Source: Epiperipatus broadwayi
Taxonomy: Eukaryota > Animalia > Onychophora
Length of the DNA: 64,000 bases
Assembly (NCBI GenBank): GCA_028023455.1
Contig: JAQFVV010000009.1
Coordinates: forward strand, 16,926,001 to 16,990,000
Reading direction: 5' to 3'
Every line of letters starts with the position of its first letter. Position 1 is the stretch's first letter. Below, in pieces: positions 55,450 to 64,000 of this stretch. Position numbers and translations under genes: made by a program. The notes below the pieces were generated by a model, which saw only the letters and a program-made list of their open reading frames with translations, was not told the origin of the DNA and did no database searches.

Positions 55450-58400
55450 CCAAGAAGAGTGAAAAGCTTCCAGCAAAATCAACAATTGAGCAATGATGGT
55501 TTATATTTAAGTACTTACAATCGAAGATAATTTTCAAACAAACAAATATTGCACAAATTGAAAAGAAGAACTGCCTAATATTAAATGGGGCATTATTTGA
55601 CTTTGTAAGATTAGAAGAAATGGAGAAGATACAATAGATTTGAAAAGTGTACATGTATTTTTCTCAGAGACACAAATATTGGAAGCATAAGTGCAGTGAG
55701 ATTGATTATAAATGAAAGGGGAAGAATAACATTATGGACATTAATGGTTTACCAAACAGAGAGGCAAATTATTTATTCAAATTAACACAAGATAAAAATG
55801 CAGATAATTCAGGTTTGTGCCCAATAATTTCTCATTGTGATGAAGTAATAAAGGATTTTTATATGGATGTACAAAATGCATTTAATTAGACTAGGCAATA
55901 TTTTAAAATTGTCATGGAAAACTTTAATGATATAATTGGTAAACAATTAAAAGATAAAAGAATTGTAGGAAAATTTGGTTTTGATAATAGAAATAAGAGA
56001 GGGTACAGGCTGTAGTAAGCAGGAAAAATGCATATTATGAATTGTTTCTTTGAGAAAAATGCTAAATGAAAATGGATATGGAGAGCATTCAAATAAATAT
56101 ATAGTGGAAATAGATTATATTTTGATTAACATAAAATATGTATATCATTAGTGGGATATAAAATAGCATCATTACAAAACTAGAGAGATAAAATTATTAA
56201 AAAGAAGAATACAATTTATCCAAACCGCTTCAAACTCTTTTTAGAAAAACTCTTTATTTGTACATATACCAACACCTATGTTTCGAATGACCTCCAGTTT
56301 TCTTCAGAGCAAGATTATTTTGATCTTCTAAAAAAAAGATCAAAATAAACTTGCTCTGAAGAAGACTGCAGATCAGTCAAAACGTATATGTATGTATATG
56401 TACAAATAAAGAGTTTTGCTAAAAAGTGTTTGAAATAGTTTGGATAAATTGTATTTATAGAATATTATGGCAAAAATAAAGAAAAGTGTGACTTTGGTAA
56501 TATTTAAAAAGAAGAATATTAGTATAGTTGATATTCCTAGCTTTCAGAAACATTCCAATGAATTTAAATTAGAAGTTACAAATCGTTTTAAAATATTAAC
56601 AAATTTTAAAGATGGCTGAACTTTAATGAAATCAACAAGAAGATTACTGATGTAGTATTAATAATTACTACAAAGATAGTTGGTACAATAAAGCAGCAAT
56701 TTCCAGTAAATTTTTTAATGAAACAATACAATGTATGATGAAAAGAAGAAATATAAAAATATTTTTAAATTATCTATTAAAAAGAATTAAATATCTAATG
56801 TTTTGTAAAATTGATACTAAAAGCTGTTAATAGGGATATAATACAATTGACAAAGAAAGCTATAGAAAGGAATAAAATTCTCAAAAATGTAAAACAACAT
56901 CTTAGTATTGAAAGGAAAGATGTTTCTATAATAAAAAGAAAAGATAGAACTATTATTTAAAAAAAAAAAAAAAAAAAACAGCTAATATCATGAAATATGT
57001 TGAAAAGTTCTATAAAAAAAAGTATATAGTAATTAAGAACAAGAAAGCAAAATATTTCCTACCATCTTCAGAATTGTCCAGCATTTTAGATGAAATGAGA
57101 CAAGCAATTAAATCTATAAGGAAAGAAAACACTCCGTGAAATGAAGGAATTATAATCAATATTGTAAAAGTAGCTAGTAAAGAAATAGAAAATATTGCTA
57201 ACAGAAAATTGTTACAAAAGTTATATACCAAATGTTTAAAAATAAAGATGTATTAGATGATTGAAATAATGTAGAAGTAAAATTAATATTTAATGGGGAG
57301 GTAGATAATAAAAATATATTTGAAATTAAAAATTACCAACCTATCAGTCTTCTATTAGTTATATAAAATATTTATCAAAATAATTACAACTCATCTATAA
57401 TATCTACAGCAAACTTTGGATTTTAACCAACCAAAAGAACAAGCTGGATTTAGAAATGGTTTTAGCACAGGTTAAGAAAAGTCAATGAATATGAGTTGCC
57501 ATTGTGATTTGATTTGTAGATTTTGATAAAACATTTGATTCTAACAACATTTTTATTAAAGTATTGAATCACCAAAATATAGACTTAAGACATTTTCATA
57601 GATTGAATAATATTTGTCAAAATTCAACAGCAAAGATTAGATTATGTGGTTAAACTAAGAATATTCACAGTGGGGAGGGTGTAGAACACCGGTGATTTCT
57701 TATCTTCAAAACTTTTTTATACTAGTTTTACAAGAGTTATTTTGTAGATTAATAAAATAAGAAGTAATAATAAATGGAGATTATTTAAGTTATCTAGATT
57801 TTGAAAATGTGGCTGTTTTGCAAATAATGCTTCAGCACTATAGGGATGTTGCAAGAAATATCAGATGAAAGTAAGATTTAAAACAAATGCTAAAAGAATG
57901 AAGTAATGTTTCATCCATCGATTTTCTCAAAAGAAAACAAATTAAGATTGATAATTATAAATTAGAACTTAACAACTATGCATTCCATGGTCAGATTATT
58001 AATTCAGATAAAAACATAATGGATAAAATTAATCATAAAATTACACTTGAATGCTTTAGGTGAAAGAACTTAATATAAAAAGGAAATCTATCTATGCATT
58101 TGAAATGGAAGATTTTAATGGGACTTGAACATTTAACAGAAGAGGAACTTTCGATCATCCAACAAAATATAGAGAAATTATGTTGAGATTAACAAGGAGA
58201 GATCAAAAACAACATACCCATAAAATAAATAAGTATCATTGACATCATTGAAAGATTTAAGAAACTGAAATGGAATTGGATTGGATCTATTGCTAGAGAA
58301 GATGTTAATAAATGAGCAGTTGAAGTTTCAAACGGGATCCCAAGAGATTATAAAAGATCTAGAAAGAGATCACATATGAGATGGGTGAATGAAATAAAAA

Positions 58401-58512
58401 AGTTTTTCTAGTGTATTGTGGAGAAAGGAGACTAGACATCGGGAAAAGAGATTAAACTTGAGACTTTTATTCTGCAGAAGAGAAATATTAGTTGAAAATG
58501 ATAATATTGATG
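55450..58512 (+). mobile_element. RTE-clade LINE, near full-length but heavily decayed; same family as the 49-52 kb copy, opposite orientation
   Basis: Collinear with the 49-52 kb copy from 'MQIIQVCA' to the 3' end. It extends further 5' ('LSTYN...EELPNIKWGII'). Many stops. Confidence 0.88.
56212..56503. mobile_element. Fold-back insertion inside the RTE with a 15-bp TSD
   Basis: Inverted arms span 56208-56455. The TSD TTAAAAAGAAGAATA lies at 56197-56211 and 56504-56518, and the RTE sequence resumes after it. Confidence 0.8.
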
Positions 58513-59049
58513 ACAATTTAAACAAAATTAATTTCTTTATAAGAATTCATATTTCTTGCATTAAATTTTGGGAACAAATTTGTTAATCCTTTATAAATCA
58601 TGCTAAAAAAATTATTTAACACCCCAAATGTACCTGTTTGAAAAAATAATATGTTTAAGTATAGATTTGTTAATGTGCGAAAACTATTTTAAAATGCACT
58701 AATTTTTGTGTGATTAAAAATTACACTTTTATTTGTATTTTACTCCAGAAAAACAAAAAAACTAACAATCTTTATAATTTATAAAAAGTAAAAACAAAAA
58801 TTAATTCATTTTCTCTTTAGGGATAGAAATAATGAAATGTAATAAAAATTATTTAAATTAATAAGATAACAATTGCTATTATTTGTTTGTTTTTTTTTCA
58901 AAATAATCTTTATTTGCACAAAAAGTAAAATATACATTGTAATATAGAGTTCATGTTTAAGATCATGTCTGACACATTAAAGACTAATTAGTTATTAAAT
59001 AAGACGATGATTATAAGATTAAAAGTAAAATTTTATGTTATGTTACTTA

Positions 59050-59420
59050 TCAGGGGTGATCTAATTTGGCATATAAACCCCATGGCATGTAAAGTTTAAG
59101 TGTCATATACATGGTCATTGCTAAATATTTAATTGACTCCATGTTTGCTCAGCAAGGCTAGGCAGGCATGTTCTTAGATCACTTTCTTTAGCTTTATATA
59201 ATAACTTTAAGAAAATGTCTTCAATAGGACCGGCCAACTCTCTATCAAATAATACCTTACATCTAATCTTCCATATGATAAAATTTATGAAAGTGGCCAG
59301 GCGGATGGAGCCAAAATTTCCATTTTTGAATGCATCATTAAGGTAGACATTTGAAGAATTGTATCCTGTAATCCTCTGACTACAATTGCTATTGTTTCAT
59401 GTATATTTTCACATATATCT
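59050..59420 (-). mobile_element. Possible L1/Tx1-type LINE C-terminal remnant
   Basis: Minus-strand 'FINFIIWKIRCKVLFD' resembles the Tx1/L1 C-terminal 'IWK.RN..IF' motif. Confidence 0.3.
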
Positions 59421-62400
59421 CATAGTTATAAAAGATATATGATTAGGATTAAAAACACTTTAATACTAAGACTTGAACAAATATTTACTGTTTAATAAAA
59501 AAAGTTTTTATTTAATTATAATTAATGTATATGTATAAATTTCTAAATATTGTATTAAACAATTTTATTAAAAAGCATTAATAAAGGAATCGTTTTTAGT
59601 TTTATATTAGCAAATAATCAAACATATAACAATTATATCATAGACAATTTTTCCCCGCCTCTTTAATAATTGCATTTTTTTATTAACTTTCGAAGAAAAT
59701 GAGTTAATCAGAGTTGAAATGCAATGCATTTGCTTGAAGTTATATTTAATGAAAATTAGATATCTCCACCATTATATATTAAAATTATTTAATTTAAACT
59801 TTTTTTCTTCAAACTTTTTTCCCTTTAATTACATTTTAAAGATATTTATTTAGTTTACACCTTTCCGTCTAAAAGAGAATAAACCGAGCTTAAAAAGAAT
59901 TCAATTAGTAAATAAAATTGATTGATTCGTTTTCTGGTTAACGTTTTAATAGCAGCAGAACAATTTAGATTTGACACCTGCCGCATTTTTAGGTAAAATG
60001 AATTCCTTAAAACTTTTAGTCCATTCAATTTATCTTTTAAGTCAATATAATATTCAATGAAACTTTGAATAATCCTAAAATATTTACTTATTTCTCCAAT
60101 GAAGTTTTACCATTATTAACAAATACAGTTTTACTTACAAACAAACCGCATTCAATAAGGAAATGAGATAAAAATACTGTACCTATTAAAAAAGTTTATA
60201 AAGTAAGTTAATTTCAGTTCAAACATTTTTAAGCGCTAGTAGACTAATTCAAAGATAAATACTGTAATCGACTGGTTTCTTCACATTTCGTAAATAAACT
60301 ATCAACAAAAAATATTAAGTATATAAAATTTGAAATACTAGAAAGTGTTGCCAAAAATCTATTTACCTAAATAATTTATACTTATTAGCCTGGCTTACTA
60401 GGATTTTTTTTCTTCAAATTTTCTTATTTGTAATTGTATGTATTTATCTAAACAATTATGCAGCTGCTTAAAAGTAATCTAAATTTTAAAAATTCTATTA
60501 GCCTATTCATTATACAATATATCACGAACTTATATATAAAACGGAAAAAAAAGAAAAAATGTACTTTTGTTTTTTTACTTTTATATATTTATTAATTAAA
60601 TTTTTGTAATATGGAGTGAGTAATTTTTAATTTATTTATCCACATGTACTTTTTGCCCGCTTTTACTTAATTGAATATCTTTTATTGGTAAAGATTTAGT
60701 CTCTTTACCCTGAATCATTTTCCATTCAAATTTATCCAGATATTTCTTTAGCAATAGTTAGCCCATATCCATCTCATGAATTCTGCATATTTGTGTAGAA
60801 CTTAAAAGAATAGATAATGTAATAAAATTTAGGGCTATGAGAAAGCCAAAGAATATAATAAATTTATTGATAGTAGGTTGTTAGGAAAGACAAATAAAAT
60901 CATGAAAAAAATATAAAGAACGCAAACTTAAAACTTTATGTTCTGTAGGAAAGATATATTTAATATTGTATATACTGTTTTAAAATAAAAAAATAAAAAA
61001 TTCTATAATTAGAATTCCAGTAAATGATAAGTTCTTGATTAATAGGTTGGATTTATGTATATTCAAGAGATCAGAACGCCAATTATAAAATAAGATAATG
61101 AAGTATAAAATAATTATGAAACAACTGAAGAAGTCATTATTAAACGATGATTAGAAAGTCACTGTATGCAATAAAAAGTGATCTGACTGTATTAAGACAT
61201 AAAAGAGATGAAAGAAAAGTTGAGAAATTATTTAATGAAAATAATATGATTATAATGAATCCCTGTCTCAATTTAAAATCATAAGATTTCATTTATGTAA
61301 TGTTTTGATTAAGAGTGCAAGTTATATCCTGGAAATGGTGCAGAATAGGCCAATAAGATAAATCAAGAGTTTTTGGAATTGCTTTTCAAATCACAGCATT
61401 GACTCCTTTTTCCAGAATGTGATAGATAATTCTCTACTATGATTCTTCTTTCACATATGCATGTTTATGTTAATGATCTTCAATTAATATAATTTGGCAG
61501 ATAACAACAAGGAGAGTGAAACCTCTGAAAGCTGGCTTGTCTACTCATACATTTTGATATTCATGTCAAGTTCAAATTAAATGTTTCCTTTTTTAAGTGA
61601 TAAAAGCAAAATTAATAAAACCCAAATTTTGCTAGTCTACATTGATGCATTGATAGAGTAATGATGGTAATAATAATAATGACCATGACCGCTCCTCACA
61701 TTTTTTTCTATTGTAATTTCAGTAGCATTTTTTAAATTTATAACTTTTCAAGGAATATTCTGTCCACCTTTTATTAATTATTAAATCCATGCACTTATAA
61801 GACAATCATTTCATTTTAACTTCTTTTCGAACATTTAAGTGTTCAATAGATAACATTAATATTTAAAAAAAATAATGTAGATCATTTTTAAAATAAAAAT
61901 ATTTTAAAACATGTATAAAAAAATATAAATTATAAATCTGTTTTCTAAATCCGTCCCTCCTTTATAAACAGATCAAGACACACATCTTTGGCTAATTTTA
62001 TTATTAACATTGTTTATGATATCTGTTTAATATAATTAATTTATCTCCCTTTTTGTTGTTTATATATTGCATTCTCAACAATCTTAAATAAAATATTAAC
62101 TTTAAAAGTGTCAATAATAATATCAGCAAAAATTGAAAATTAAAACGTTTTATAAATATTAAAAAGAAAAATGAATTGCAGAATATATCACATACTTACA
62201 CATTTAGATAAATATATGATTAAATGATTGTAAGATGTTTAACCTTTGAAAATAAAAATAATTTAAAAATCTTTAAATATTTAGTAAACAGTTCTTCTTT
62301 CCTTTATCTTTTTTTTTTTTTTACTATATCATAACTGACTTAAAGATTGAACTGTCTAATTCTTACAATTTCCTCCCCATAACAAAAAATATTATCATTA

Positions 62401-62639
62401 CTAACAATTAAGTGCTGAAAAATGAATTATACCTTTATTACACAAGCAACAAAACAAATACGTAAATTTTTTAAATAAAATACTTTCTCATTTTCTTTCT
62501 TCTTGTCTAATTTTCACTGTAGAATGCCTACAATCGCATTATAAGTATTATAATTAAGCTTCAATTATTTTCTTTTAAACTTTTTTAAGAGATAATATGA
62601 TAAGATTTATTTGGATAGACTTAGATTAAAATAATGCAG

Positions 62640-63600
62640 ATCATTCTTGACACATTGGCCTATGATTTTGGGCATTATATGTCCCTCTCAACCTATCCAA
62701 TGTATTAATCATGTATGCATTTTCCCCAATATTTTTTTGTCTATCCTATAAGGTTCTTCATACATGTTAAAAAAATATATTGGTGTTCCTGTGGGTAACT
62801 AATTATGGAATTCAATTCAATTCTGATTCATTAACTAATTTATCAACTAAATTCAGAATAAATAATCCACTTAATTAAATTTATTAATACATACATTTTA
62901 TCTTACCAAATTTATAATAAACAATAATCAAACCAAATAACTTATATAAATAAGCTGTTGATAATACAGTAGGTGCAGGACTTATAGAATTGTAAGATCC
63001 CTTCCTAATAAGTAAGATCTTGAATATATATATATAATTTTTGAAAAGAATAAAGACTATCAATATATAAGAATTGTAATCCACATTTCAACCTGACTGG
63101 ATACTTGTATTATAAATCAAAAACATTATACAACTTACATAAATTTTGAATAATATAATCAGCTTCCAATCTATTTAAAAATACAGACACTTGATATCAT
63201 ATAAATTTTTTATTATAGACAACTGATTTTAATTATCCACTTCTTTTATATCCTAACATCATATTCTCCAATTTTATTTTAATACGATATTTTCACCAAC
63301 ACATTCATCCTTTAACCTATATAAAAACACAGCTTCCTTATACCAAATAAAATTACTATTGCCCTGTTTACTATGAATAGACTCATGGAAAGTGATGAAT
63401 GATGAAAGAGGCTTTGTTATTCCTGTGAATTGGAACAAACTGACTCTTCAAATGCCCTATAATATATATAATAATATAAAGTACTCAAATTTAGATACAT
63501 TAGTAACTTCAGATAAATGATTTTACATAAGTCACACTTGGAGCACCAAAATCATAATGATTGAATATTTATATATAAATATTTAAACAATTTATCACTT
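62640..63600 (-). mobile_element. Highly decayed LINE RT remnant
   Basis: Weak similarity to RT domain 4/5 and downstream LINE sequence, with many stops. Confidence 0.35.
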
Positions 63601-64000
63601 AATTAAGCCTAAAATGTCATCAGGCCACATATTCGGAAGACAAATGTATTGATTTGAAATAAAATAAATATATTAGCTTAACCAAATGGTGATTTAAAAA
63701 AATGTTAGCTGAATCTTAACTAATTATTTTGTTTGTCTTCACATATTATTTGTGAAACGTGTACAATAAATAAATAAATACATTAACAAATGAATCTATC
63801 AATATGTAATTCAATTCATCAGATTTTTTTAGAAATAAATATTAAATTTATATTTCATTACTGTATGAAATAAGCTAACGATTTGATATATAAGATTTGT
63901 AAAAATAAAATAAAATTATCTATATCATTTTATACTAAAATGTATTATCAATCGCTATTTATTAGTGAGATAACCTATTTGATCACGTTAAAACCAATTT

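Overview
AT-rich eukaryotic genomic window. It is most likely a non-insect invertebrate, because it carries a true Wnt2, which insects have lost. The only host gene I can support is the 5' part of Wnt2 on the minus strand: exon 1 at 24483-24404, a 293-bp intron 1, exon 2 at 24110-23875, and an intron 2 of more than 23.8 kb that runs off the window. Everything else is intronic or upstream DNA. It holds decayed RTE-clade LINEs, a decayed Ty3/Gypsy element, a hAT/Charlie MITE, a tRNA-Gly-derived SINE family, very long microsatellites (including about 2.9 kb of (CT)n) and local tandem duplications. The most interesting unexplained structure is a non-coding 401-445-nt repeat at 33.4-34.4 kb, arranged both in tandem and inverted. 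It contains a degenerate type-I hammerhead-ribozyme fold, and one copy's boundary falls about at the predicted cleavage site (retrozyme- or Penelope-like). A TSD-flanked fragment of it lies at 43.5 kb, and two unrelated hammerhead-core-like elements lie at 18.7 and 56.3 kb. All calls come from reading by eye; no searches or folding programs were run, and TE boundaries are approximate.
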